A stretch of 64,000 nt of DNA from Nostoc sp. DedSLP01 (lineage in GTDB: Bacteria > Cyanobacteriota > Cyanobacteriia > Cyanobacteriales > Nostocaceae): the NCBI GenBank assembly GCA_034530875.2, contig JAVRCJ020000003.1:128001-192000 (forward strand), in the 5' to 3' direction. A program made the position numbers and the translations under genes. Shown here piece by piece: positions 52,411-63,264 of this stretch (its first letter is position 1; each line of letters starts with the position of its first letter). Under the pieces are notes generated by a model that had not been told where the DNA came from, searched no databases, and saw only the letters and a list, made by a program, of their open reading frames with translations.

Positions 52411-52910
52411 GTCATTTCAACTTCAAATCCTTAGCTTTTTACGGAATAGCTATCGCTTCAGTGCTAGTACTGTTTAGAACGGTAACAGTGTATGGAGAAA
52501 ACAATCTCAAAGCTCCTGCTGTAGTTAGCGATCGCTATCGCCTAACCCTAGATGAAAATTTGCCTAACTGCGAAAAACCAGACACCCTGGCATTAAACAT
52601 TGAGCAATCAGGTATCTACTTAAATGCCTCTTTATCACCAGCAAACTCTAACGCTGATTTTAATGAAAAGCATTCTCTCATAGGCATTTTGAAAAATCAA
52701 CAGTTAAATTTATCTGGCAACATTAACAGGTCGATACTTTGCAATATCCCTCAGTCTCAGGAGAACTCTCTTAACTCAGTCACAATTCAAATGCAATTGG
52801 CCGAGAGAGGTAGCGTACCAGGGCAATTAACTGTAAATGGCATTCCACAAACTCTAAAATTCACTGCTGTGCCAGAAAAAGTTTCGGAAAAATCTCAAAA
52901 CAGCCATTAA
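52407..52910 (+). CDS. Hypothetical protein with N-terminal TM, coupled to the antiporter
   Basis: ATGA overlap with the upstream stop; KSLAFYGIAIASVLVLF..VT.YGE..LKAP. Confidence 0.78.
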   Translation: MSHFNFKSLAFYGIAIASVLVLFRTVTVYGENNLKAPAVVSDRYRLTLDENLPNCEKPDTLALNIEQSGIYLNASLSPANSNADFNEKHSLIGILKNQQLNLSGNINRSILCNIPQSQENSLNSVTIQMQLAERGSVPGQLTVNGIPQTLKFTAVPEKVSEKSQNSH

Positions 52911-52952
52911 GAAAATCGAAAGAGGACAAGGGGACAAGAAAGCAGGAGGTGT

Positions 52953-53048
52953 GGGAGGTGTGGGAGGATGGGGAAGAAATCTTTCCCCCCTCTCTCCCCA
53001 TACTCCCCACACTTCCCTATCTCCTCTTCTCCTCTGCTCCCCATCTCC
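52953..53048 (+). repeat. Dispersed ~90-bp element, copy A
   Basis: GGGAGGTGTGGGAGGATG.GGAAGAAATCTTTCCCCCC...CTCCTCTGCTCCCCATCTCC; inverted copy at 54136-54222. Confidence 0.85.
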
Positions 53049-53235
53049 TCATCTCGCCACTTTTTAGTAACTTTTTGATACGTTTTAGTCTACGCAACTC
53101 GTTATGCCTACTTAAAACACAAGTAAGTGTATATATTTATAGTGACAACTGAGGAATTAAAACTTAAAAGTATAATTTAATTCTTAGCTTATACTAGAAA
53201 TTCCTCAGAACTTAATATTGAAGGCATAATTCACA

Positions 53236-54135
53236 ATGTCTCAGAGATTAAAGACCGGGCATTGCCACTGGAGCAAAAAGCTACTTAGCTTCAGTGTATT
53301 CAGTTTTTATGCAGCGATCGCGCTTGAAACTTCCACCACTGCTGCTACAGCACTCGCAAAGCTAGATAAATGGAGTTTTTCCCCCAAAACCCAACGACTT
53401 GAAATAACTCTCTCAACAGCTACAACCCCTCGTTATTTTTACCTTGCTCAACCACCTCGTTTAGTTGTAGATTTACCGAATACTAAGTTAGGCCATATTA
53501 CAACTCAGCAAAATTACTCTGGCGCCATCAAAAGTATTCGTATTTCTCAACTCAATGAAAACGCCACACGCATTGTTCTAGATTTAGCACCAGGAACTGT
53601 TTTAAATCCCAAGCAGATACAGCTGCAACCTGTTTCCCGAAAAAACCCCACTCGCTGGGTGCTACGTCCGATTATTTCTGGGAAAAATACTGCCGTCAAG
53701 CCAGCAAATTCAACATCTTCACCCAAAAAACCATCTCAAAAACCGCTTACTAAGCCGCCCCAAAATACTAAATCTCAAGCGACTAGTAATTTACCCGTAC
53801 TTACTCCTATTTCACAACCGTCTAATAATTTACCCGTACTTACTCCTAATTCACAAGCACCCTTACTCACAATTCCACCTATATCGAGTCAGCTACCTTC
53901 AACAACTATTACTAACTCAAGTCAACCTTTTGTAAGTGTACCTCCCCTAACTCCGAATACACCCTCTCAACAACAACCTAGCTTCATTCTTCCCCCTCCT
54001 TCTTTTCCAAATCAACCAAGCACGTCAAATAGCACTCCTACTTTTGGTATATCTGAATTTCCAGTCCCAACAGTTCCCAATGTTCCCGATGCCCAAATCA
54101 TTGAGTTTGGTCAACCCCTTCCTAAAAGTAAGTAG
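53236..54135 (+). CDS. AMIN domain protein with Pro/Ser/Thr-rich tail
   Basis: Signal-like N-terminus; PPRLVVDLP, IRISQ...TRIVLDL; tail IIEFGQPLP. Confidence 0.88.
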   Translation: MSQRLKTGHCHWSKKLLSFSVFSFYAAIALETSTTAATALAKLDKWSFSPKTQRLEITLSTATTPRYFYLAQPPRLVVDLPNTKLGHITTQQNYSGAIKSIRISQLNENATRIVLDLAPGTVLNPKQIQLQPVSRKNPTRWVLRPIISGKNTAVKPANSTSSPKKPSQKPLTKPPQNTKSQATSNLPVLTPISQPSNNLPVLTPNSQAPLLTIPPISSQLPSTTITNSSQPFVSVPPLTPNTPSQQQPSFILPPPSFPNQPSTSNSTPTFGISEFPVPTVPNVPDAQIIEFGQPLPKSK

Positions 54136-54222
54136 GGAGATGGGGAGCAGAGGAGACAAGGAAGTGTGGGGAGTGTGGGGACTAGGGGGGAAAGATTTCT
54201 TCCTCATCCTCCCACACCTCCC
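54136..54222 (-). repeat. Dispersed ~90-bp element, copy B (inverted)
   Basis: Reverse complement aligns to 52953-53048. Confidence 0.85.
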
Positions 54223-54263
54223 GCTTTGCCCCATGTCCAATGCCCCATGCCCTATTCCCAAAT

Positions 54264-54803
54264 CTAAAATCTATCAGTTTCTTGCGGTGTTCCAACTGCC
54301 CCTGGCGAAGCTGTAAACAAGTTTTGAGCAGCTTCATTCTGATATATACATCTGATATCAGGGTTATCACTGTCCAAATTACCCGTAAAGCCAAAGGTGT
54401 TTAAGCGGTTCTTGCAATCTCTTACCTGATCGGATGTCACCAGCTTACGCTGCTCTAAAATTGCCCAGTTATTTTGTCGGATAACGCATCCAGGACGCAT
54501 ACTTGGCTGAGAAACATAAACATTAAAGGGGTTGAGAGTGACGAACAGCCTAGCGTCCATCACCATAGCACTGGCTCCATACTGCACGCAGATTTCCGGG
54601 TTCGGCGCTTTGGTGTCAATAAATTCACGGGAAGCCACATTTGCTGGAGCCAATGTAGTTGTAGAACTAAAAGCAATGCCAATCCCAATACCCAAAATCA
54701 AGACTCCTCCCATAATTGCTATGGTGAAAAGGTTAAACATGGGGGATTGAAAACCAGAGGGTTTAGAAGTGGTAGCTGACCTACCAGTAGATTTACGTCT
54801 CAT
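54264..54803 (-). CDS. DUF3172 family protein
   Basis: APNPEICVQYGASAMVMDARLFVTLNPFNVYVSQP. Confidence 0.82.
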   Translation of the reverse strand: MRRKSTGRSATTSKPSGFQSPMFNLFTIAIMGGVLILGIGIGIAFSSTTTLAPANVASREFIDTKAPNPEICVQYGASAMVMDARLFVTLNPFNVYVSQPSMRPGCVIRQNNWAILEQRKLVTSDQVRDCKNRLNTFGFTGNLDSDNPDIRCIYQNEAAQNLFTASPGAVGTPQETDRF

Positions 54804-55408
54804 TGTTGCTTAATCACCTTCACGCAAATTGGGTTGGGAGTAGTCTAAAGTTTTCTCCCTCTTTTTAGTATGCCTAGTCTTGACTGTGATTGTCTGGAAT
54901 TTTTTGTGCAAGATTCTTGTTAAATGACTAAAATAGCAAATTATTTACATGTTTGAATATAATTTTAACCCTAGTTACTGATAGTTTCCATCATCAAAAA
55001 TATCCAACTAATATTTTCTCTTCTTTAATTAATAAATTTCTATTATTTATTAAGCTAATACCCTTAAATTGGTTAATTACAGATTAAAATCATTGAAATT
55101 GCGTTCAAAACCATTGATAATATATAGCTATTATTTACAGATAGTCTCTTTTAAATTGAGAAATAGAACAAAATTAGAAAAATCTTAGATTGTTTAGTAA
55201 AAAATCTCTAATACTAATTGATAGTTCGCAAATTATAATTTGTTAATACTGTTAAATTAATGCACCGTAATCCATGACTTAAAAAATTGCCGAGTTCTGA
55301 ATTTTCAATTCTATTTATAAAGGTAGAAATTTTTGCTAACCCTAGTAATTAATGTATAAAACAATGTAAATTAAACTTGAATACAATTTCAAAACTAACT
55401 AGAAGCAA

Positions 55409-56236
55409 GTGAAATTTCAAACAGGGCTGCTATCAAGCAAGAGGTTCAAAACCTCCCAACTTCAAGTTTTCCTAGCTGATAGTTTAACTATTTTTTGGGG
55501 AGACTGGCTAAAATTACGTGCAAGGCTTGTGCAAGTTGCTGCATCAGGCTTAATATCTCCATTGATATATATTTTAGCTTTTGGCTTAGGTTTGGGTAGT
55601 TCTATCAAACCAGGCTCAGCAATTAGCGGTAACTACGACAACTATTTAGAATTTATATTACCAGGGATGGCGGCGCTGTCATCAATGACGATTAGCTTTG
55701 GTGGAACGACATTTTCCATTTGTGGAGACAGATTATTTAGTAAAACTTTCGAGGAATTGTTGTTAACTCCGATACATCCATTAGCATTGCATATCGGCAG
55801 AATGCTGGCGGGAATAGTGCGGGGTTTGATGACATCTGGTTCGGTGATTTTAGTAGCGATACTCTTGACTGGAAACTGGAATTTTCTCAACCCGCTATTT
55901 CTACTTTTACTTGTCCTGAATTGTGCTGTATTCGCTGGTTTAGGGGTAATTGTGGGATTGAGCGTGCGATCGCTCGAATCAGTCGGACTCTACAACAACT
56001 TTATAATTATCCCCATGTCTTTTTTAGGGGCGACCTTTTTTGACCCTGCTACATTACCAGCAGCCCTAAAAGTTGTAGTTTACCTGTTACCGCTAACTTA
56101 TGCCAGTATGGGACTGCGTGCAGCTGCTAATTTACCCTTGTCAGAGTTTCCTTGGTACAGCATACCGATTTTGTTATTAGTGGCGATCGCTCTTTCTCTG
56201 TGGGGTGGTTATAAATTTGCTCGCCAACAGGATTAG
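55409..56236 (+). CDS. ABC-2 type transporter permease
   Basis: YLEFILPG, FEELLLTP, PMSFLGATFF, LPLTYA; about 6 TM. Confidence 0.9.
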   Translation: MKFQTGLLSSKRFKTSQLQVFLADSLTIFWGDWLKLRARLVQVAASGLISPLIYILAFGLGLGSSIKPGSAISGNYDNYLEFILPGMAALSSMTISFGGTTFSICGDRLFSKTFEELLLTPIHPLALHIGRMLAGIVRGLMTSGSVILVAILLTGNWNFLNPLFLLLLVLNCAVFAGLGVIVGLSVRSLESVGLYNNFIIIPMSFLGATFFDPATLPAALKVVVYLLPLTYASMGLRAAANLPLSEFPWYSIPILLLVAIALSLWGGYKFARQQD

Positions 56237-56404
56237 AAACTTGATATATAACAATGCTGTTAGGAGTTACAAATAAATCTACTCCCCACTCCCCATTCCC
56301 TACTCCCTCCCTGCACGAGTAGTTTGGAAATCAAATAGGATTCCTATAGATTCACAAAATCGTAGATATGCCAGCAGGATTCCCAATCTCAAATCGAAAA
56401 TACT

Positions 56405-56899
56405 ATGATGCAGATTCGCCAAGCTACCACAACTGACGTGCCCGCAGTTTTACCAATGGTTGCTAAAATCTGTGCTTTGCACGAGTCTTGGGATTCTGCC
56501 AAATATGGTTTTCTAGCCAATCCAGAACAGCGCTATGAAAATTGGTTAACCCGGTTGGCAAATAGTGATGGCTTCGCCAACGCTTCCAGCGTACAAAGTG
56601 TATTTTTGGTAGCCGAAAACCAAGGCCAACTTGTTGGTTTTTTAGTGGCAACAATTGAAAAAGAAATCCCAATTTATCGTTTAAAAGAATTTGCTTTTAT
56701 CCACGACCTTTGGGTTGAACCAGAGTATCGACGAAACGGAATTGCCCGACAAATGGTAATACAAGCTGTAGAACGCTTTGAACAAATGGGCATCAAGCAA
56801 ATTCGGCTAGATACAGCAAATGCAAACGAACCTGCGCGGCGGTTGTTTGCATCTTGCGGTTTTCGGATTAGTACTATTGAAATGTTGAGAGAGTTATAA
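56405..56899 (+). CDS. GNAT N-acetyltransferase
   Basis: LWVEPEYRRNGIA, N..ARRLF..CGF. Confidence 0.92.
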   Translation: MMQIRQATTTDVPAVLPMVAKICALHESWDSAKYGFLANPEQRYENWLTRLANSDGFANASSVQSVFLVAENQGQLVGFLVATIEKEIPIYRLKEFAFIHDLWVEPEYRRNGIARQMVIQAVERFEQMGIKQIRLDTANANEPARRLFASCGFRISTIEMLREL

Positions 56900-56982
56900 A
56901 TTAGGAGTTAGGAATTAAGAGTTAGAAGTGAGGAATTAAAAACTTTTAACTCATAACTCATAACTCCTAACTTTTTTAACTC

Positions 56983-57459
56983 CTAACTAGCTAACAGAGT
57001 CTTTTCTAGAGAAGTCCAACGGAAACTGCGATCGCCACCCCTCTCGATGACTACCCTCACCCGTGGTTCTAGCTTAGGCAAGTTAGCTAAATATTCAATT
57101 TCCTGATCGGAAAGAATATTTCCTTCAATAATCCACAACACCAGCCCTTTTGACTTTGGTGGTAGCTGTTCTAAATGACTGCCCAGAAGTGGTGGCGCGT
57201 AGTATACATAACCTACCGCTGCACCGCTACCAGTACTTTTTTTGCCCAGATGAGGAGGTCTAACTCCGTGAACTCTTGTGAGATACGCAGCTACGTCCCC
57301 CAGTCCTTTAGCAGTAATGTGCAGCATAGTATAGCCAGCTGCACGAAGTCGCCGCTGATACCGACCTTCATAACCTCCTTCCAGAGGTACATATACTCCA
57401 AGAGCGCCAAATTTTTCCAGATCCCGGATTAAAGCGTTGCCAGTGGTAATTAGTGCCAT
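56983..57459 (-). CDS. ndhN: NAD(P)H-quinone oxidoreductase subunit N
   Basis: PLEGGYEGRYQRRLRAAGY, HGVRPPHLGK, ERGGDR. Confidence 0.96.
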   Translation of the reverse strand: MALITTGNALIRDLEKFGALGVYVPLEGGYEGRYQRRLRAAGYTMLHITAKGLGDVAAYLTRVHGVRPPHLGKKSTGSGAAVGYVYYAPPLLGSHLEQLPPKSKGLVLWIIEGNILSDQEIEYLANLPKLEPRVRVVIERGGDRSFRWTSLEKTLLAS

Positions 57460-57674
57460 AGATTTTCGTCTTATCCCACCTTAGTTATTTCTATTATTTA
57501 CCGTGAACCGTATAGATAGAGCATTTTTTTCAGAATTCGGCATTGGGTATAGGAATGGGGAAAGGGAAAGATTAAATTTATTCCTTTTCCCTTTTCCCTT
57601 TAACCTTTTCCCCTGCTCCCTGCTCCTCCTGCCTCCCCTGCCCAATACCCCATCCCCACTTCAAAAAAAATTAC

Positions 57675-57703
57675 TAGACAATCATAAATAAATGATTTAT
57701 ATT
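57675..57703 (+). promoter_or_regulatory. Sigma70-type promoter upstream of the rplC operon
   Basis: TAGACA-N17-TATATT. Confidence 0.6.
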
Positions 57704-57709
57704 ATTAGA

Positions 57710-58448
57710 TTGTGACCAAACGCGCAAATTAGCTTGCCTTAGTAATGTCATTCTGAAAAGAGTGTTAGCATCAAAGGCTGATTAGTCAATTTAAAGATGA
57801 TAATCTAACGAAAGATTGTTCATAGACTGGTAAACTAAGAAAGCTTTTAGGTTAACATTGGAGCTTGTGAAGGAAGAAGCAAAGCCAATCCTCAGCTTCA
57901 GACTAAATTGACTCCTGCGCCTCTCATAAAAAGGCAAAACCTTAAACAGTTAGTTTAAGTTGTTTAGGAAAGTAAAAACTGAGCGGCAATGCTGGTTTAT
58001 TAGCATTACCTCAGTCTCAGTTAACGGATACTGGGTGGTAAAAGCCGCTTAAGTCCAACTGCAACAAGGCAGTCGCCAACCTCAGGGAAGCCGTCCTTTG
58101 GGCAGATACAAATCGAAAACCCAGCGGCAACGCTGCCTGCAAAAAGTGCCACAGCAATTGCTTGGACAAAAGCATTGCTGCACACAGCTTAAAGCTGTAG
58201 CGCCTTGCATTGATTCCAGAAGTTACTCCTTCCCAAGGGGAAGAGACTTGTGGCTGTTCTGGCGGTCTAGTCAGTGAAACTAAACAGATTCGCTAAGCAG
58301 TACGGACACGGTTTGTTGTGTCCCAAAGTATTTGGAAGGGTTGAAACCGTTCCAAATTTCCCAGGCTGTAGCCTAAACTGACGCGTACAAAGCGTGTCCT
58401 CTAGAGTCGGATTCCAAGGTCAGCAAGTAGAAAGGAGAACCAGTAACT
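57710..58448 (+). ncRNA. Long structured 5' leader / candidate ncRNA preceding rplC
   Basis: No long ORF; ten or more stem-loops with + strand G-U pairs and a GCAA tetraloop; ends at SD AGAAAGGAG. Confidence 0.6.
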
Positions 58449-59084
58449 GTGTCTGTAGGTATTCTCGGCACCAAGCTGGGCATGACCCAAATATTTGACG
58501 AGGCAGGAGTAGCCATTCCTGTCACCGTTATCCAAGCAGGGCCATGCACTGTTACACAAGTTAAAACAAAACAAACCGATGGTTACGCCGCCATTCAAGT
58601 TGGTTATGGCGAAGTTAAACCAAAGGCACTAAACAAACCATTGTTGGGCCACTTGGCTAAATCATCTGCTCCAGCAGTGCGTCATTTAAATGAGTATCAC
58701 ACTGATGGCTCTAACGATTATGCTTTAGGTCAACAGATTAAAGCAGATATTTTTAGTGCAGGTCAAATAGTAGATGTAATCGGTACAAGTATCGGTCGCG
58801 GCTTTGCAGGTAACCAAAAGCGTAACAACTTTGGTCGGGGGCCGATGTCACACGGTTCTAAAAACCATAGAGCGCCTGGTTCCATTGGTGCTGGTACTAC
58901 GCCCGGTCGTGTCTATCCAGGTAAGCGAATGGCAGGACGCTTAGGCGGTAGCCGCGTCACAATTCGCAAGCTGACTGTAGTGCAAGTAGACGCAGAACGC
59001 AACTTATTGCTAATTAAAGGAGCCATTCCTGGTAAACCAGGCGCTTTAGTAAATGTTGTACCTGCCAAGCGAGTTGGTAAGTAG
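58449..59084 (+). CDS. rplC: 50S ribosomal protein L3
   Basis: [27 protein letters not shown]. Confidence 0.99.
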   Translation: MSVGILGTKLGMTQIFDEAGVAIPVTVIQAGPCTVTQVKTKQTDGYAAIQVGYGEVKPKALNKPLLGHLAKSSAPAVRHLNEYHTDGSNDYALGQQIKADIFSAGQIVDVIGTSIGRGFAGNQKRNNFGRGPMSHGSKNHRAPGSIGAGTTPGRVYPGKRMAGRLGGSRVTIRKLTVVQVDAERNLLLIKGAIPGKPGALVNVVPAKRVGK

Positions 59085-59115
59085 TCACTAGCCAATAGTC
59101 AAAGGTCAACACTTG

Positions 59116-59171
59116 GACTAATGACTAATGACTAACGACTAATGACTAATGACTAATGACTAAGGACTAAA
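59116..59171. repeat. STRR heptamer array (GACTAAT x8)
   Basis: Direct reading of the rplC-rplD spacer. Confidence 0.92.
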
Positions 59172-59172
59172 A

Positions 59173-59805
59173 ATGGTTGAAAGTGTAGTTAAAAATTGGC
59201 AAGGAGAACAAGTCGGCCAGACGAGCTTTGAGTTGCGAGTTGCCAAAGAGGAAACAGCGTCTCATATTGTACACCGTGCTTTAGTACGGCAAACGACCAA
59301 CGCTCGTCAAGGAACTGCCAGTACCAAGACTCGTTCGGAAGTCCGAGGTGGCGGACGCAAACCTTGGCGGCAAAAAGGTACTGGTCGCGCTCGTGCTGGG
59401 TCGATTCGTTCCCCCCTATGGCGTGGTGGTGGTGTGATCTTTGGGCCTAAGCCCAGAGACTTCAACCTGAAAATGAACCGCAAAGAGCGCCGTTTAGCAC
59501 TGCGGACGGCATTCATCGGTCGCATTGACGATTTAATCGTGGTTGAAGAATTTAGCGAACAGCTATCGCGTCCCAAAACCAAAGATTTGGTAGCAGCATT
59601 AGCTCGTTGGGGAGCAGCACCAGAAACTAAGACATTATTAATATTGTCTGAGTTTCCGGAAAACGTTTATTTGTCAGCCCGCAATATCGAGAATTTAAAG
59701 CTAATTGCAGCTGACCAGTTAAATGTTTACGATTTACTGCACGCTGACAAGATTGTGCTGACAACATCAGCCCTAGAAAAAATTCAGGAGGTCTACGGTG
59801 CCTAG
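59173..59805 (+). CDS. rplD: 50S ribosomal protein L4
   Basis: [15 protein letters not shown]. Confidence 0.99.
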   Translation: MVESVVKNWQGEQVGQTSFELRVAKEETASHIVHRALVRQTTNARQGTASTKTRSEVRGGGRKPWRQKGTGRARAGSIRSPLWRGGGVIFGPKPRDFNLKMNRKERRLALRTAFIGRIDDLIVVEEFSEQLSRPKTKDLVAALARWGAAPETKTLLILSEFPENVYLSARNIENLKLIAADQLNVYDLLHADKIVLTTSALEKIQEVYGA

Positions 59806-60112
59806 CTTTGACCCCCGTTACCTTGCCGATTTAGTGCGTCGCCCAATTGTCACCGAGAAAGCGACTATTCTAATGGAGCAGAATAAATACACCTTTGAAG
59901 TAACTCCAAAAGCGTCTAAGCCAGAAATTAAGGCTGCGATCGAAGACTTATTTCAAGTAAAGGTTGTAAAAGTTAATACCGCAGTACCACCACGTAAAAA
60001 ACGTCGTGTTGGTAAATTTGTTGGTTTTAAGCCCCTATATAAGCGAGCCATTGTTACCGTCGCACCCGGGGATGTAGAGAAGATTAGACAAGTTCTATTC
60101 CCAGATGTCTAA
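59798..60112 (+). CDS. rplW: 50S ribosomal protein L23
   Basis: [26 protein letters not shown]. Confidence 0.98.
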   Translation: MPSFDPRYLADLVRRPIVTEKATILMEQNKYTFEVTPKASKPEIKAAIEDLFQVKVVKVNTAVPPRKKRRVGKFVGFKPLYKRAIVTVAPGDVEKIRQVLFPDV

Positions 60113-60229
60113 AAAAGTTACGAGTTAAGAGTTGCGAGTTACTAGACTCAAAACTCAGCACTCAAAACCAAAAAATCAGCACGCGGCTCAATGCCCTGCT
60201 TCTGCTAACAAGACTCAGCACTTAAAAAT

Positions 60230-61093
60230 ATGGGTACTCGTTCTTATCGCCCTTATACCCCCAGCACTCGCCAGGTTACGATTTCTGACTTTTCAGAAAT
60301 CACCAAAACCGAGCCAGAAAAATCTTTAACCACATACGTACATCGCGCCAAAGGTCGCAATAATCAAGGGCGGATAACCAGTCGTCGCCGTGGTGGGGGA
60401 CACAAACGGCTTTACCGGATTATTGATTTTAAAAGAGATAAACGGAATATTTCCGCGCAAGTCACAGCAATTGAATACGATCCTAACCGTAATGCCCGGA
60501 TTGCACTGTTGCAATACGAAGACGGCGAAAAGCGCTATATTCTTCAGCCGAACGGCTTGAAAGTCGGGACAACAATTATTGCTGGCCCTGAGGCTCCTTT
60601 TGAAAATGGAAATGCCCTACCGCTATCCAATATTCCTTTAGGTACTAGCGTTCACAACGTAGAACTGACTCCCGGTAAAGGCGGTCAAATTGTACGTGCG
60701 GCTGGTGCTAGCGCCCAAGTAGTAGCAAAAGAAGGTAATTACGTAACTCTCAAGTTACCTTCAGGAGAAGTCCGGTTAATTCGGCGTGAATGCTACGCCA
60801 CCATCGGACAAGTAGGCAACACCGACGCGAGAAACTTGAGTGCGGGTAAAGCAGGACGAAATCGCTGGAAAGGCCGTCGTCCTAAGGTCAGAGGTAGCGT
60901 CATGAACCCAGTGGATCACCCACATGGAGGTGGTGAAGGTAGAGCGCCTATCGGTAGATCCGGCCCTGTCACACCTTGGGGTAAACCGACTTTGGGTGCT
61001 AAGACACGCAATCCTAAGAAACTCAGCAGTAAATACATTGTGCGTCGTCGCCGTAAGTCTTCTAAACGCGGTCGCGGTGGTCGTGAATCTTAA
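60230..61093 (+). CDS. rplB: 50S ribosomal protein L2
   Basis: [25 protein letters not shown]. Confidence 0.99.
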   Translation: MGTRSYRPYTPSTRQVTISDFSEITKTEPEKSLTTYVHRAKGRNNQGRITSRRRGGGHKRLYRIIDFKRDKRNISAQVTAIEYDPNRNARIALLQYEDGEKRYILQPNGLKVGTTIIAGPEAPFENGNALPLSNIPLGTSVHNVELTPGKGGQIVRAAGASAQVVAKEGNYVTLKLPSGEVRLIRRECYATIGQVGNTDARNLSAGKAGRNRWKGRRPKVRGSVMNPVDHPHGGGEGRAPIGRSGPVTPWGKPTLGAKTRNPKKLSSKYIVRRRRKSSKRGRGGRES

Positions 61094-61185
61094 AAAGTTA
61101 GGAGTTATGAGTTATGAGTAAAACCTCATTCCTAACTACTAACTCCTCACTCCTCACTCCTTACTACTAAATCCAAAATTGAACT

Positions 61186-61464
61186 ATGGGTCGTTCTCTT
61201 AAAAAAGGTCCATTTGTTGCGGATCATCTCCTTAAGAAAGTTGAAAAGCTCAACGAGACTAACAGAAAAGAAGTTATTAAAACTTGGTCAAGAGCTTCGA
61301 CAATTTTGCCTCTAATGGTTGGTCATACCATAGCTGTTCATAACGGACGCCAACACGTTCCAGTTTTTGTAAATGAACAAATGGTAGGACACAAGTTGGG
61401 TGAATTCGCCCCAACACGTACTTACAGGGGTCATGGCAAAAGTGATAAAAAATCGGGTAGGTAG
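61186..61464 (+). CDS. rpsS: 30S ribosomal protein S19
   Basis: [19 protein letters not shown]. Confidence 0.99.
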   Translation: MGRSLKKGPFVADHLLKKVEKLNETNRKEVIKTWSRASTILPLMVGHTIAVHNGRQHVPVFVNEQMVGHKLGEFAPTRTYRGHGKSDKKSGR

Positions 61465-61553
61465 TCATTAGTCATTAGTCATTGCTCATTGGTCATTAGT
61501 CCTCGAGATCGGGACAAAGGACAAATGGCAAATGACAAAAGGCAAATGACAAA
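61463..61553. repeat. Inverted STRR arrays (GTCATTA / ATGACAA)
   Basis: rpsS-rplV spacer. Confidence 0.8.
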
Positions 61554-61566
61554 AATGGAGAAAATT

Positions 61567-61923
61567 ATGGCTACTGATACTACTGAAGTCAAAGCGATCG
61601 CCCGTTATATACGCATCTCTCCCTTGAAAGTGCGTCGCGTACTCGACCAAATCCGGGGGCGATCTTATCGAGAAGCGCTAATCATCCTCGAATTCATGCC
61701 CTATCGCGCTACCGAACCCATATTGAAGGTTCTCAGAAGCGCTGCTGCTAACGCCGAACACAACGCTGGATTAGATCGGGCTGAACTAGTGATTACTCAG
61801 GCTTATGCCGATCAAGGGCCAGTCCTAAAACGCTTCCAGCCAAGGGCACAAGGTAGAGCTTACCAAATTCGCAAGCCGACGTGTCATATTACTGTGGCCG
61901 TTGGAGCCGCCCCAGGAAAATAA
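61567..61923 (+). CDS. rplV: 50S ribosomal protein L22
   Basis: [25 protein letters not shown] 61567 after GGAG. Confidence 0.99.
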   Translation: MATDTTEVKAIARYIRISPLKVRRVLDQIRGRSYREALIILEFMPYRATEPILKVLRSAAANAEHNAGLDRAELVITQAYADQGPVLKRFQPRAQGRAYQIRKPTCHITVAVGAAPGK

Positions 61924-61956
61924 CGATTTAGTCAGAAATTTTTAGAGGAACCATTC

Positions 61957-62748
61957 GTGGGACAGAAAATTCATCCAGTTGGTTTTCGCCTGGGTATCAC
62001 ACAAGAACATCAATCCCGTTGGTTTGCCGTTCCAGAACGCTATCCAGAACTTTTACAAGAAGACCACAAACTCCGTACATACATAGAACAAAAGCTCGGT
62101 AGACTCGCTCAAAACAACGCCGGAATTTCCGAAGTCCGGATTGAGCGCAAAGCCGACCAAATCGATTTAGAAGTACGCACAGCTAGACCAGGGGTAGTAG
62201 TGGGTCGTGGCGGACAAGGTATAGAATCCTTGCGTACTGGACTCCAAACACTATTGGGTAGCAATCGTCAAATTCGCATTAACGTAGTTGAAGTCCAACG
62301 AGTTGATGCTGATGCCTACCTGATTGCCGAATACATAGCTCAACAATTGGAACGCCGGGTTTCGTTTCGTCGCGTAGTGCGACAAGCGATTCAACGCGCC
62401 CAACGCGCTGGCATCCAAGGTATTAAAATCCAGGTCAGCGGTCGGCTCAACGGTGCAGAAATTGCCCGGACAGAGTGGACTCGTGAAGGTAGAGTACCCC
62501 TACATACCTTACGGGCTGACATTGACTACTCTTATTGCACGGCAAAAACTGTTTATGGGATTTTGGGCATCAAAGTATGGGTGTTCAAAGGAGAAATTAT
62601 TCCCGGACAGGAAGAAACTGCACCACCACCCGCAGCCCGCAACGAACGTGGGGATCGTGGGGATCGGGGCGATCGCGATCGCGAACCCCGTCGCCGTCAA
62701 CAACAACGCCGTCGCCAACAATTTGAAGACCGTTCAAATGAAGGATAA
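61957..62748 (+). CDS. rpsC: 30S ribosomal protein S3
   Basis: [26 protein letters not shown]. Confidence 0.99.
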   Translation: MGQKIHPVGFRLGITQEHQSRWFAVPERYPELLQEDHKLRTYIEQKLGRLAQNNAGISEVRIERKADQIDLEVRTARPGVVVGRGGQGIESLRTGLQTLLGSNRQIRINVVEVQRVDADAYLIAEYIAQQLERRVSFRRVVRQAIQRAQRAGIQGIKIQVSGRLNGAEIARTEWTREGRVPLHTLRADIDYSYCTAKTVYGILGIKVWVFKGEIIPGQEETAPPPAARNERGDRGDRGDRDREPRRRQQQRRRQQFEDRSNEG

Positions 62749-62751
62749 ATC

Positions 62752-62832
62752 GTCATTAGTCATTAGTCATTAGTCATTAGTAAATGACAGATGACAAATG
62801 ACCAATGGCAAATGACAAATGACAAGTGACAA
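62752..62832. repeat. Inverted STRR arrays (GTCATTA x4 / ATGACAA-like x7)
   Basis: rpsC-rplP spacer. Confidence 0.85.
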
Positions 62833-62835
62833 ACC

Positions 62836-63261
62836 ATGTTAAGTCCTAGAAGAACTAAATTCCGCAAACAACAACGCGGACGGATGGAGGGACTAGCCAG
62901 CCGTGGTAGTACCCTGAACTTCGGTGATTTTGCACTCCAAGCTCAAGAACCTGCTTGGATTACCTCCCGGCAAATAGAAGCTTCTCGTCGGGCAATGACT
63001 CGTTATATTCGCCGGGGCGGACAAATCTGGATTCGGATTTTCCCTGATAAACCCGTAACCATGCGTCCTGCGGAAACCCGTATGGGTTCCGGTAAAGGTT
63101 CGCCAGAGTTTTGGGTAGCTGTAGTGAAGCCAGGGCGGATTATGTTTGAAATTGCTGGCGTTTCTGAAGAAATCGCCCGCGAAGCCATGCGCTTGGCTGC
63201 ATATAAACTGCCAATAAAAACCAAATTTATTGTGCGCTCTCAACCACAGGAGCAGGAGTAG
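62836..63261 (+). CDS. rplP: 50S ribosomal protein L16
   Basis: [20 protein letters not shown]. Confidence 0.99.
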   Translation: MLSPRRTKFRKQQRGRMEGLASRGSTLNFGDFALQAQEPAWITSRQIEASRRAMTRYIRRGGQIWIRIFPDKPVTMRPAETRMGSGKGSPEFWVAVVKPGRIMFEIAGVSEEIAREAMRLAAYKLPIKTKFIVRSQPQEQE

Positions 63262-63264
63262 GTC

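Noticed and set aside
52949..53152. 67-aa ORF MWEVWEDGEEIFPP and similar ORFs at 54025-54394
   Set aside because: Translations of the dispersed repeat element.
57460..58448. Missing rpsJ before rplC as a deletion; leader as a group I/II intron
   Set aside because: Cyanobacteria normally carry rpsJ with the str (tuf) cluster; I could not identify intron core motifs or an interrupted gene.
61489..61566. 26-aa N-terminal extension of L22
   Set aside because: It reads through an STRR array; the real start is ATG 61567.
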